Source of the DNA: a virus
IMG/VR virus record: IMGVR_UViG_3300025138_000025
Coordinates: 24,166-88,165 of that record
Direction: 5' to 3' (one strand)
Length of the DNA stretch: 64,000 nt
The position numbers and the translations under genes were made by a program. Below the pieces are notes generated by a model. The model did no database searches. It worked only from the letters and a program-made list of their open reading frames with translations, and was not told where the DNA came from. Of the stretch, positions 1-8,221 are shown in pieces (the stretch's first letter is position 1; every line of letters starts with the position of its first letter).

Positions 1-49
1 CGAAGATGAGTTCATTTGCGACATCAATGATGTAAGTGAGAGACTTATT

Positions 50-277
50 ATGGCAAGTATGAAGTATGCTTACAACACAATCGACGAACCAACATACAAC
101 TATATGCTAGAGGTTATCTACGACCACTTAGTAGACACACTAAAAGAACGCATCAAAGATGCAGTAGACCAACAGCGACCACATAATATTACTAAAGGTA
201 ATTTATGGAACAGCGAAACAAAAGAGTTTGATAAGGTCAGTGACTTTATGAGACAGAGACAAACAGAATTATTTTAA
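50..277 (+). CDS. hypothetical phage protein
   Basis: 75-aa ORF in a tightly packed + strand run; no recognised motif. Confidence 0.6.
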   Translation: MASMKYAYNTIDEPTYNYMLEVIYDHLVDTLKERIKDAVDQQRPHNITKGNLWNSETKEFDKVSDFMRQRQTELF

Positions 278-287
278 GGAGAGCGTA

Positions 288-512
288 ATGCCAACAAAAT
301 TCAAACAATCAGAAAAAGTGTTTAAGCGTGGAGTGAAAGCGTCTAAACTAAAAGACAAGCACTTCTATATCAAAGATGTGAACAAGGACGAACTGTTCAA
401 GTGCATTAATGAAGATAGAACAAAGCCAAAGCAAAGACAAAAGTGTCTAAATGAGTTGGCGAGACGAGGCATCCAAATTAACTGGGTAGAGCCAAGTGAG
501 GTGACGACATGA
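288..512 (+). CDS. hypothetical basic protein
   Basis: 74-aa ORF with AAGGAG SD. Confidence 0.7.
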   Translation: MPTKFKQSEKVFKRGVKASKLKDKHFYIKDVNKDELFKCINEDRTKPKQRQKCLNELARRGIQINWVEPSEVTT

Positions 513-646
513 GATGGGGTGGAAAGACACAACACATTAGTGTAAAAAAGAAAACATCACAAGGCGATAGCCACAACAGAGTGAGTCTTAACATGAACAA
601 GAACAAAAAGCGTTCATTCAAGAAGTACAAAGGTCAGGGCAGATAA
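509..646 (+). CDS. small basic protein ending KRSFKKYKGQGR (not in ORF track)
   Basis: 45-aa ORF, ATGA overlap with upstream stop, GAGGT SD. Confidence 0.65.
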   Translation: MRWGGKTQHISVKKKTSQGDSHNRVSLNMNKNKKRSFKKYKGQGR

Positions 647-724
647 TGTTCGGATTCGAAGTATATTTTCTAATCGCAGTGCTGCTATTCATAGTGGCAC
701 TCAACTTACCAAGGTGGTGGTAAT

Positions 725-943
725 ATGGGTAAAGTAATACAATTTCCTACAGTAACGGAAGCAAAGAAACTTCGTGATGCACTACAAGAGTGCGAACACG
801 AAATAAAGTTGTGCCTAAATGATTTGGCAGAACTAAACGATATGGTCGTAGACCTCACAATGGAGTATGAAATCATGCTTAATAGATTGTGTGAATTAAA
901 TGGCATTAGATTGCCAGAGGAGTTAAAGTTAGAAGATGATTAA
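725..943 (+). CDS. hypothetical coiled-coil protein
   Basis: 72-aa ORF, MGKVIQFP N-terminus, heptad pattern. Confidence 0.65.
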   Translation: MGKVIQFPTVTEAKKLRDALQECEHEIKLCLNDLAELNDMVVDLTMEYEIMLNRLCELNGIRLPEELKLEDD

Positions 944-1214
944 AGGTAGTATGATGTATGACCAGCATGGTCGTAAGCGTAAAGTAAAGAAACTATACGC
1001 AAGTAAGAAAGCGACACCTAATTTCGCTAAACAAGAAACAAAAACATTTAAGAGTACGAAGGACATCCCTAGTATGCCGATTGGAGAATACAAGACACCA
1101 ACGGACAACTCTTACAAACAAGAAGTATCAAAGCAATATACGGTATCAGTTGCTTATAATAAAGGTGCATATCAAGTGATACCAAGACAAGAGGTAAAAG
1201 ACATTGGCAAATAA
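936..1214 (+). CDS. hypothetical phage protein
   Basis: 92-aa ORF overlapping neighbours; C-terminal VAYNKGAYQVI motif recalled from aquatic phage proteins. Confidence 0.7.
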   Translation: MIKGSMMYDQHGRKRKVKKLYASKKATPNFAKQETKTFKSTKDIPSMPIGEYKTPTDNSYKQEVSKQYTVSVAYNKGAYQVIPRQEVKDIGK

Positions 1215-1461
1215 ATACAATAGACATTACGCAGTAGGTATGTGGGCGAATGGAAGTAAGATAACAAACATACAGTATCCAAGTGATACTAAACAAGCGT
1301 GGCAGGGAGAATGTCCTGCTAGAAACACGATACATATGTTCGTGAAGTTAGAAAATGGTACAGTTCTTCGAGATGACGAATTGATACTAGACAGAAAGAA
1401 GTGGGAAGCACTTCAGGATATGGAGAAGTTCATATCCGATATAAGTGAAGGAGTGGCGTAA
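1204..1461 (+). CDS. hypothetical protein
   Basis: 85-aa ORF, TTG start with AAGGA SD, coupled to next gene. Confidence 0.6.
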   Translation: MANKYNRHYAVGMWANGSKITNIQYPSDTKQAWQGECPARNTIHMFVKLENGTVLRDDELILDRKKWEALQDMEKFISDISEGVA

Positions 1462-1895
1462 TGAGTAAGATAAACGACTATGCAAAGTTTGTAGACCAGT
1501 GCACATCCGAAACAAGTAAAGATACTACTAAAATGTGCGATAGACTAGACAAACTAATGGGAAACCACACTATGCAGAATGGAGTAATGATTGACTGTGA
1601 AATAGACATGGCAAGACTAATGACTGCACTTATAGGCATGATGGCTGAGAGTGGAGAGTTTGCTGAAGTAGTGAAGAAAAAAGTATTCCAAAACAACACA
1701 CAGTTCACAAACGACGAGATTTTTCACATGAAAAGAGAGTTAGGAGATGTGTTGTGGTATTGGGTACAGGGATGCAAAGCCCTTGGCTTTACCCCCGAAG
1801 AAGTGATGGACGAGAACATCAGAAAACTAGAGAAGCGTTATCCTAATGGCTTCGAGGTAATTAGAAGTGAAGTAAGACAGGAAGGTGACATATGA
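1461..1895 (+). CDS. mazG: MazG-like nucleotide pyrophosphohydrolase
   Basis: ESGEFAEVVKK and ELGDVLWY motifs, NIRKLEKRYP tail. Confidence 0.9.
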   Translation: MSKINDYAKFVDQCTSETSKDTTKMCDRLDKLMGNHTMQNGVMIDCEIDMARLMTALIGMMAESGEFAEVVKKKVFQNNTQFTNDEIFHMKRELGDVLWYWVQGCKALGFTPEEVMDENIRKLEKRYPNGFEVIRSEVRQEGDI

Positions 1896-1980
1896 TAGAT
1901 ATGATTATAAACTTCTTTGCTGTAATAGGCTTTGGAACGAGTGCTTTTGGTTTATATATACTATGGGAGAACTTTAAATA

Positions 1981-2601
1981 ATGGCAAATCATGTATATTT
2001 TAACATTACTGAGCATGAAGCTGAAGTAATGGACAAATTAGTAAAAACTGAGGAAAGAACCGTAACCACCAACTGGTCAGGAGAACCCATAGAGCCATAT
2101 ACAGTAACAGAAATCGTAGAACTAGAAGAACAACCTTTTATGCCTAACGATTGTACTGACGATACCATGTATGATTGGTATATGAATAATGTAGGAGCCA
2201 AGTGGTGTCATTTAGAAGACCACGATGACGGTACATTATCAGGTTATAGTGCTTGGAGTCCTCCAACAGAAATGTTTGAGCATTTATCAGTAGCAATTAG
2301 TAACAAATGTGGACACAGTGTGTTTACTAGAATGACTTATGAAGATGAGTTCAGAAACTTTGTAGGAGTTGCTACCTGTGAAACAGAAATGCTCGATGGA
2401 GAGTGGATAGCTGTCCTAGATTATGAAGAAATCGAAGGTGAAGACATAAATATTCGCTTCAAAGAGGAATATCCAGACATAGACATTGATGCAGAAGACT
2501 TTGACTGGCATGGAGAGTACGAAACCGAAGATGGAAGTGTATATCCTAATGAAGTGTGCGACGACTATGTGTACAACTTCTTTGATAGAGGAGAGTGGTA
2601 A
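1981..2601 (+). CDS. acidic protein, Api92/DUF1281-like ferredoxin-fold family
   Basis: MANH start, YDWYMNNVGAKW and SAWSPP motifs. Confidence 0.55.
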   Translation: MANHVYFNITEHEAEVMDKLVKTEERTVTTNWSGEPIEPYTVTEIVELEEQPFMPNDCTDDTMYDWYMNNVGAKWCHLEDHDDGTLSGYSAWSPPTEMFEHLSVAISNKCGHSVFTRMTYEDEFRNFVGVATCETEMLDGEWIAVLDYEEIEGEDINIRFKEEYPDIDIDAEDFDWHGEYETEDGSVYPNEVCDDYVYNFFDRGEW

Positions 2602-2861
2602 TGAGTCAATACGACAGTATAGTAGAGAAACAACGCCTACTACTAGAAGCAGAGGAGTGGTCAACAAAAGTTAAACTCATTCATGCACACAGTGTAGGTT
2701 CGATGTGGTATGATGACACTAACAATACCGAAAAAGTAATAGACCTAGAGTACTGGAACGGAACTGTATTGAGAGAGATTATCAGTACTGGAGAGAAGAA
2801 GTGGTTCGGAGAACAACTAGTAGGAGAGGAGTTAGTAGATGCATACCAAAGAAACAGCTAG
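2601..2861 (+). CDS. hypothetical protein
   Basis: ATG overlapping previous TAA. Confidence 0.65.
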   Translation: MSQYDSIVEKQRLLLEAEEWSTKVKLIHAHSVGSMWYDDTNNTEKVIDLEYWNGTVLREIISTGEKKWFGEQLVGEELVDAYQRNS

Positions 2862-2994
2862 AGAAGAACAGTTCTGGAATTGGGAAGAACAGTATGGAAC
2901 TGAAGAAGCTATTGAAGTAGCAGCAGAGGAGTGGGGAATGTCAACCCACAGAGTTAAAACACAAATCAAAAAATGGGAGGATGCATGGCATTAA
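2839..2994 (+). CDS. small hypothetical protein (not in ORF track)
   Basis: 51-aa ORF with GAGGAG SD filling the gap between neighbours. Confidence 0.55.
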   Translation: MHTKETAREEQFWNWEEQYGTEEAIEVAAEEWGMSTHRVKTQIKKWEDAWH

Positions 2995-3317
2995 ACTACA
3001 CAGAAGAACAGGTATCTAGAATGATACAAGAATATACTGAAAGCCCTACTAGAGAAACAGTAGAGAACTTAGCACAAGAATTTAACAAGAGTGTGAAGTC
3101 GATAATAGGTAAGTTATCAAGAGAAGGTGTATACAAAAAGACAGAATATGTTACCAAAACTGGAGAGAAACCAGTAACTAAGTCCCAGCTGGTGCTTAGC
3201 ATTGCTGAGGAATTAAATGAGGATTACGAAAGTTTCAAAGGGCTAGACAAAGCTCCGAAAGAAGCTCTTAAAGTTTTACTCGAGTCAATAGAAGAAATTA
3301 AACTAGGAGAGATATGA
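2985..3317 (+). CDS. T5 A2-like DNA-binding protein
   Basis: YTEEQ..LAQEFNKSVKSIIGKLSREGVY HTH pattern like T5 A2/D3; GGAGG SD before ATG 2985. Confidence 0.65.
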   Translation: MALNYTEEQVSRMIQEYTESPTRETVENLAQEFNKSVKSIIGKLSREGVYKKTEYVTKTGEKPVTKSQLVLSIAEELNEDYESFKGLDKAPKEALKVLLESIEEIKLGEI

Positions 3318-3520
3318 GAGTAGCAAAACTAACTAAAGATAGAAGAAATGACAAGCTTATTTCAGTGAATGGACTATATGCAGAAGCATTAGGTCTTATC
3401 GAAACCCCAACGGGGTTCCAGATGCGTTTAAAATTCGCTAATGGACATAGAGAAACAGTTGAGACTCAAAGAATCCGTATCTTACAAGATACATCAATAC
3501 TAAGAAGTCCTAACGCATAG
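3314..3520 (+). CDS. hypothetical protein
   Basis: 68-aa ORF with AGGAG SD, last gene before terminator. Confidence 0.65.
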   Translation: MRVAKLTKDRRNDKLISVNGLYAEALGLIETPTGFQMRLKFANGHRETVETQRIRILQDTSILRSPNA

Positions 3521-3549
3521 CAGCTAAAGAAAGAGATTGTGTAAATTAT

Positions 3550-3573
3550 GCCTAACTTATGTTGGGCTTTTTT
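3550..3573 (+). terminator. intrinsic terminator
   Basis: GCCTAAC-TTAT-GTTGGGC hairpin followed by T6. Confidence 0.85.
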
Positions 3574-3684
3574 ACGCCTTTAAAAAATTTTGGTTGGTGG
3601 AAGTTCCTTGAATTGGAGAGAAGTTTGTAGTAAGTAGTTATGTTGTTATTGGTTTGTTAGACTTGAGTAAGTCATTAAGAATGC

Positions 3685-3851
3685 TTTAGATTATGCTTGG
3701 TTATCTTGTATGATTTGGTTTATACAATCAATGGATAGCTTTTCTTCATAGTTAGGGACTCCATATATCCGCTTACGCTCCTATATGTCGATTCCCAGAT
3801 TGGAAGTAGCATCCATAATAGGTAGTTTGTATTGGCTTATAATCTAAATTA
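3685..3851 (-). ncRNA. candidate rod-shaped ncRNA (~165 nt) or structured origin element
   Basis: Nested inverted repeats 3685-3694/3839-3848, 3722-3727/3827-3832, 3731-3740/3808-3816, 3762-3767/3782-3787, apical GC-GTAA-GC; begins just after a promoter; no long ORF. Confidence 0.6.
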
Positions 3852-3857
3852 TGATTT

Positions 3858-3886
3858 ATTATATCACAGTTTTTATCATAAAGCAA
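3858..3886 (-). promoter_or_regulatory. sigma70-type promoter for ncRNA candidate
   Basis: AAAAACAGTTC-TTGCTT-N17-TATAAT on minus strand. Confidence 0.8.
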
Positions 3887-3989
3887 GAACTGTTTTTCTC
3901 AGGGGTATGATTTATGGGGTTGGTATGGGTTCTATTAATGATAAAATATATTAGTATTGCAGATGGTAGTAGTGTTTCTACGAGATTGA

Positions 3990-4250
3990 CTACCTTGTTC
4001 TGCTACCTCGATTTTTCTTTTTTGGAACTGTTCTAAACTTTTTTCGAGCTTCAAGAAGTTCTGTCTCTTTTTGTAAGTCTCTAGTTCGTTTTCTTGTTGT
4101 GCTTTTATTGTGTTCATATTTAATGGCAGATGGTTTTGAGTAGTGCTGTCTTGCACGACACTCTTCCTTGATTCCTGCGTTATCACACTTGCGTCTGAAT
4201 ATTCTAATTGCCTTTTCAATGGGCATGGACTTACAATCAATACTCGGCAT
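3990..4250 (-). CDS. rpsU: ribosomal protein bS21
   Basis: MPSI..IEKAIRIFRRKCDNAGIKEECRARQHYSKPS matches S21 core; AGGAG SD before ATG 4250. Confidence 0.9.
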   Translation of the reverse strand: MPSIDCKSMPIEKAIRIFRRKCDNAGIKEECRARQHYSKPSAIKYEHNKSTTRKRTRDLQKETELLEARKKFRTVPKKKNRGSRTR

Positions 4251-4485
4251 CAGCTCTCCTATATTTAGTTCTATCACGATGCACTTTTGTCGATGCATGG
4301 GGAGGAGTTTCTTTTCTTACTCGAATATCACTCCTAGAGTTGAAAGTCCATCCTCTTTTCCTTAGATAGTATATCTGTGAGGCGATATTTGAAGGACTGC
4401 GACCCAGTTTGGATGCAATATCTTCTGTTGACATATCATTATAGTGCCTTTTCAAAAATTGTTTTTCATCAGTTGTCCATTTCAT
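4237..4485 (-). CDS. HTH/Myb-like DNA-binding protein
   Basis: KWTTDEKQFL..STEDIASKLGRSPSNIASQIYYLR. Confidence 0.8.
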   Translation of the reverse strand: MKWTTDEKQFLKRHYNDMSTEDIASKLGRSPSNIASQIYYLRKRGWTFNSRSDIRVRKETPPHASTKVHRDRTKYRRADAEY

Positions 4486-4491
4486 AAGTAT

Positions 4492-4520
4492 ATTATATCT
4501 AATTTTTTTATTCGTGTCAA
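4492..4520 (-). promoter_or_regulatory. sigma70-type promoter (leaderless HTH-rpsU transcript)
   Basis: AAAATAGTTC-TTGACA-N17-TATAAT; 6 nt to ATG 4485. Confidence 0.9.
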
Positions 4521-4551
4521 GAACTATTTTTGGCTGGGTTATAGATTATTC

Positions 4552-4580
4552 TTGACAAGAGGTCTGAAAATTGATATAAT
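4552..4580 (+). promoter_or_regulatory. sigma70-type promoter, divergent from 4492-4520
   Basis: TTGACA-N17-TATAAT; 6 nt to ATG 4587. Confidence 0.9.
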
Positions 4581-4586
4581 ATTGGA

Positions 4587-4733
4587 ATGATAGAAACAAT
4601 AGATATAAATTACATTATTATTTTAATCTGCTCTATGGGTATATCTTACACCATTGGAAAACAGTTTGGAATAGAGTCAACGATTGATTTTCTGGAGTCA
4701 GAAGGTATAATCGAGTTTGACAGCGAAAAATAA
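4587..4733 (+). CDS. small membrane protein (not in ORF track)
   Basis: 48-aa ORF with hydrophobic INYIIILICSMGISYTIG, at predicted TSS. Confidence 0.6.
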   Translation: MIETIDINYIIILICSMGISYTIGKQFGIESTIDFLESEGIIEFDSEK

Positions 4734-4736
4734 TTC

Positions 4737-4765
4737 TTGACATAAAGGTTAAATTTTGATATAAT
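4737..4765 (+). promoter_or_regulatory. sigma70-type promoter for hsp20
   Basis: AAAAATAATTC-TTGACA-N17-TATAAT. Confidence 0.9.
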
Positions 4766-4771
4766 TATTTT

Positions 4772-4859
4772 GTAAGTGGAATATTTCACTTACTTTTTGG
4801 CGCTTTGACCGAGAGGCAAGGCAAAGTAATACTGAAAAGATTATTTGGAGGAAAATATT
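4772..4859 (+). promoter_or_regulatory. structured 5' UTR of hsp20
   Basis: Three hairpins (4772-4793 + T5; 4802-4822 GAGA loop; 4826-4845 GAAA loop) before GGAGG SD. Confidence 0.55.
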
Positions 4860-5240
4860 ATGAGTATTGATTTAACTAAATTTTGGCTTGGATTAGATAA
4901 TGGGCTTATGCCGTCTTATACGGAGAGTTCTTATCCTAGATATAACTTAATTGAAAGTGGCAGTGGATTTCGAATAGATGTCGCTGTGCCAGGTTGGAAT
5001 AAAACGGAACTGGAGATTATCGCTGATGGCGAGGAACTCCATATCAAGGGAAACAAACAACACAAACTAGATGAGGGAGAAGTATTTCTTCATCAAGGAC
5101 TAAGTTTAAAAAGCTTTGAGAGAAGATTTATTCTTAATCCTGATTTACAAGTAACTAATGTGAATCTACAAGACGGATTATTAACGATACAACTAACTCG
5201 GACTCCAAACTCTAAAAGGAAAATATTGGAGATAAAATGA
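4860..5240 (+). CDS. small heat-shock protein Hsp20 (IbpA-like)
   Basis: YPRYNL, AVPG, FLHQGLSLKSFERRF, LQDGLLTI motifs. Confidence 0.93.
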   Translation: MSIDLTKFWLGLDNGLMPSYTESSYPRYNLIESGSGFRIDVAVPGWNKTELEIIADGEELHIKGNKQHKLDEGEVFLHQGLSLKSFERRFILNPDLQVTNVNLQDGLLTIQLTRTPNSKRKILEIK

Positions 5241-5362
5241 AAGCACTAGCTTTTAAAGTTCGAGATGGAATAGACAAGTGTGATGTCGAAGCAATAGGAG
5301 AAGTAGTTATACTAACATGTATGGCTGCAATAACCTTCTTAGCAATGGCACCACTTGTTTAA
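5237..5362 (+). CDS. small single-TM protein (not in ORF track)
   Basis: 41-aa ORF, GGAG SD, ATGA overlap, hydrophobic C-terminus. Confidence 0.6.
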   Translation: MKALAFKVRDGIDKCDVEAIGEVVILTCMAAITFLAMAPLV

Positions 5363-5380
5363 CAAGTTGACGAACATGAT

Positions 5381-5407
5381 GGGGAAGTGTAAGCTTCCCC
5401 AACTTTT
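5381..5407 (+). terminator. hairpin / possible terminator before endolysin
   Basis: GGGGAAG-TGTAAG-CTTCCCC then AACTTTT. Confidence 0.55.
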
Positions 5408-5429
5408 ACGACTACTAACAGGAAAAACT

Positions 5430-5873
5430 ATGACAATATCAGAAGAAGGCAAAAGCCTTATTAAAAAATTTGAAGGATGCGAACTCACAGCATATAAATG
5501 TGCAGCAGGAGTTCCAACGATAGGATATGGACATATCAAAGGCGTAAGCATGGGTGATACCATAACACAAGAACAAGCAGACGAGATGTTTAACCACGAA
5601 ATGCACGAATACGAAACTTATGTGAACACAGCGGTAACGGTTCCACTTTCTCAAAATCAATACGACGCTATTGTGTCTTGGGTGTTCAATCTCGGTAATG
5701 GAAATCTCTTAGCTTCAACAATGTTGAAAGTCATCAACTCTGGCGACCATGCTGGAGTGCCTGCTCAAATCAAAAGGTGGAACAAAGCAGGTGGAAAGGT
5801 CTTAGACGGCTTAGTACGAAGAAGAGAAGCAGAAGCATTACTCTATCAAGGAGCAATCTGGGAACATGTCTAA
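5430..5873 (+). CDS. endolysin, GH24 lysozyme
   Basis: FEGC..AYKC..GVPTIGYGH, FNLG, GLVRRREAE; start moved to ATG 5430 (AGGA SD). Confidence 0.95.
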   Translation: MTISEEGKSLIKKFEGCELTAYKCAAGVPTIGYGHIKGVSMGDTITQEQADEMFNHEMHEYETYVNTAVTVPLSQNQYDAIVSWVFNLGNGNLLASTMLKVINSGDHAGVPAQIKRWNKAGGKVLDGLVRRREAEALLYQGAIWEHV

Positions 5874-6111
5874 GCAAGAGTTTTTAGAGAAGTTAAATGA
5901 TTGGTGGTTCTGGTTTAAGAACCTATTTCTATCTTATTACGAACTCACAGTGAGTTATAATTCAATATACGGCGATGCAGATGATGAAACATTCGTAGTC
6001 GCAAAGTTTTATAAGAAGCAAGATAAATATCTTCAGTTCAAAACCGAAGATGGCGATATAGTAGAAATACGAGGAGCTGAAGGGCTCAATTATAAAATTA
6101 AGGAGTTATAA
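5866..6111 (+). CDS. hypothetical protein in lysis cluster
   Basis: 81-aa ORF coupled to endolysin and spanin. Confidence 0.65.
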   Translation: MSKQEFLEKLNDWWFWFKNLFLSYYELTVSYNSIYGDADDETFVVAKFYKKQDKYLQFKTEDGDIVEIRGAEGLNYKIKEL

Positions 6112-6506
6112 TGAACCAACTTTATATAGGAATTATATTAGTGTTGAGTCTAGGTAGTTACTACCTGTACCAACAAAACCAAGTGCTAACAGCAAACAAC
6201 GCAGCACTTGAAGGAGCAGTAGCAACCCAAGAGGAAGCTATCTCATCAATGCAGAATGATTTTGCATTACAAACCCAGCAGTTAGGGGACTTGCAGAAGA
6301 AGTCACAAGCTGCACAGTTAGAGATGAATAGATACTTAGACATCTTTAAACGACACAATTTAACAAAACTAGCAGCAGCAAAACCTGGTTTGCTAGAACC
6401 AAGAATAAACAAAGGAACAAAAAATGTATTTGATTCAATCGAAGAAATTAGTCGCACCATTGATAGCCTTGATGATGGCGTCGAGTTGCAGTCTAATCCC
6501 AACTAA
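6111..6506 (+). CDS. i-spanin (Rz-like)
   Basis: N-terminal TM, coiled coil, AKPGL motif; overlaps lipoprotein gene. Confidence 0.8.
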   Translation: MNQLYIGIILVLSLGSYYLYQQNQVLTANNAALEGAVATQEEAISSMQNDFALQTQQLGDLQKKSQAAQLEMNRYLDIFKRHNLTKLAAAKPGLLEPRINKGTKNVFDSIEEISRTIDSLDDGVELQSNPN

Positions 6507-6816
6507 ACAGATAGAAATAACAGCAAAACCTATGGACAGGATAATAACACAACCTGTTCTACCAAGAGAGATAGACTTAAAGCTACCTTTATGGTATGTA
6601 GTTAGTGATAAAAACATTGACGAGTTTCACGAAAGATTAACAGCAGAACATGGACAAGTAGTATTTGTAGCTATGTCCATACCAGATTATGAGTTAATGT
6701 CATATAACATGCAAGAATTAAAGCGTTATATAACTGAACTCAAAGAGGTCGTAGTTTACTATGAAAAAGTAACAGACCCAAAAGCATTAAATAATGATAC
6801 AAGCACTAAAAATTAA
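6424..6816 (+). CDS. o-spanin (Rz1-like lipoprotein)
   Basis: Signal peptide with ASSC lipobox, Pro-rich, overlapping i-spanin 3' end. Confidence 0.75.
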   Translation: MYLIQSKKLVAPLIALMMASSCSLIPTKQIEITAKPMDRIITQPVLPREIDLKLPLWYVVSDKNIDEFHERLTAEHGQVVFVAMSIPDYELMSYNMQELKRYITELKEVVVYYEKVTDPKALNNDTSTKN

Positions 6817-7408
6817 GAACAGGGAAACAATCACACGATTAGACTTAATGGCAAGAACAGTTTACAAACAACCAGCAAGTTACAATCAAAGTCCAAAACC
6901 TAACATAACTCTAGCAAAGCTACGCTCGTCTATGACAGCCAATGATGGTAAGCATGAGTTGACAAACAATGTTGACTATGCAGGCAGGGCTGCTCCTATT
7001 GGTACTGATATGGTAAGACTTAGAAATATCTTTAGAAACATTATTTGTACCAAAACTAACACCGAGAACTGGTATTGGGACACTTATATGGCTCAAACTC
7101 CTTACTGGGGCTGGACTGGTTGGAATAACAACAAAGGGAAAGGTAAACTATTCCTTAGATTTATTCATAACTCAGGTCGTGGAGAAACTAGAATGGTGTC
7201 AAAAGGTAGATACAAGAAGATACCTGACCAACATTCAAACTACAACGCTGACTGGACATTATTAGTAGGAGAACAAGACGGAATTGATGACTGGATGGCA
7301 GATAGAAACTACAACAAAAAGCCAAGATGCGTCTTAGAGTTAGCAATTAAAAGTACCAATAAGAAAGCATGGGAAGAAGCTTGTGAATATATTAACTGCG
7401 TGGGCTAA
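6794..7408 (+). CDS. hypothetical protein, possible double-stranded beta-helix fold
   Basis: PYWGWTGWNNN..LFLRFIHN..PRCVLEL pattern; metal His ligands not clear. Confidence 0.45.
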   Translation: MIQALKIKNRETITRLDLMARTVYKQPASYNQSPKPNITLAKLRSSMTANDGKHELTNNVDYAGRAAPIGTDMVRLRNIFRNIICTKTNTENWYWDTYMAQTPYWGWTGWNNNKGKGKLFLRFIHNSGRGETRMVSKGRYKKIPDQHSNYNADWTLLVGEQDGIDDWMADRNYNKKPRCVLELAIKSTNKKAWEEACEYINCVG

Positions 7409-7565
7409 GTTTAGACAAAAAAGAAAAGTCGATAGACTAATTGTACAACACCTAGAAACTAGAGTGGAAGAATTAGAGGCGTGGGCTCATCCAAAGTGCG
7501 GAATCGAAGGCTTTGATGGATACCATGAATTAGTAGAAAGAATTAAACGCTTAGAAAGTAAGTGA
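7383..7565 (+). CDS. hypothetical protein
   Basis: 60-aa ORF overlapping both neighbours. Confidence 0.55.
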   Translation: MNILTAWAKFRQKRKVDRLIVQHLETRVEELEAWAHPKCGIEGFDGYHELVERIKRLESK

Positions 7566-8221
7566 AGTTAGAAGTAAGCGTACATAAAAAACACGATATA
7601 GTAGGGCATATACCTACTTTTTTATCTGATGCAGAAATAGAACAGCTGTATGAGATAAACAAAGATAGGAAGTGGCCGTACGCAGCAACAAGATGGAGTG
7701 GTTACAACTCAAAAATACGCAAATGTAAAAAGCGAAGTCGTATAGAGTTCCCATTCTATGACAGATTAAAGAAAGCAGTAGACTTATATAACGACAATAC
7801 ATATAAGTTTCATCTCTATGATGAGAGAAAGATGCATGAAATAAACATGGTTAGATATGATGAACCAGGCATGCACTTTAGAGCTCACAGAGATTATCGT
7901 CCTGGATTGAAAGAAATACATACAGGAATGACTACTAGAAAAATTAGCCTAAGTATACAACTTAGCAACAGTAAAGAATACGAAGGGGGAGACTTGGAGA
8001 TAGTTGAAAGTTATACTACTCCTGATGTCTTCATAGATAGTAACTATCCTCCTGACTTCTTAAAACAAAGAGAAACCTTTAGACACACTTTCCCTACGAT
8101 TAGGAAGAAAGGTTCTCTTACAATATTTACATCAATACATGAACATGAGTCTAAACCATTACTATCTGGGAAACGAGATATAATAGTAGGATTCTTTAGA
8201 GGTGCGGGAGCACCATATTAA
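7562..8221 (+). CDS. 2OG-Fe(II) oxygenase (prolyl-hydroxylase-like)
   Basis: HRD..RKISLSIQLS..YEGGDL..H..P..SGKR. Confidence 0.9.
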   Translation: MKLEVSVHKKHDIVGHIPTFLSDAEIEQLYEINKDRKWPYAATRWSGYNSKIRKCKKRSRIEFPFYDRLKKAVDLYNDNTYKFHLYDERKMHEINMVRYDEPGMHFRAHRDYRPGLKEIHTGMTTRKISLSIQLSNSKEYEGGDLEIVESYTTPDVFIDSNYPPDFLKQRETFRHTFPTIRKKGSLTIFTSIHEHESKPLLSGKRDIIVGFFRGAGAPY

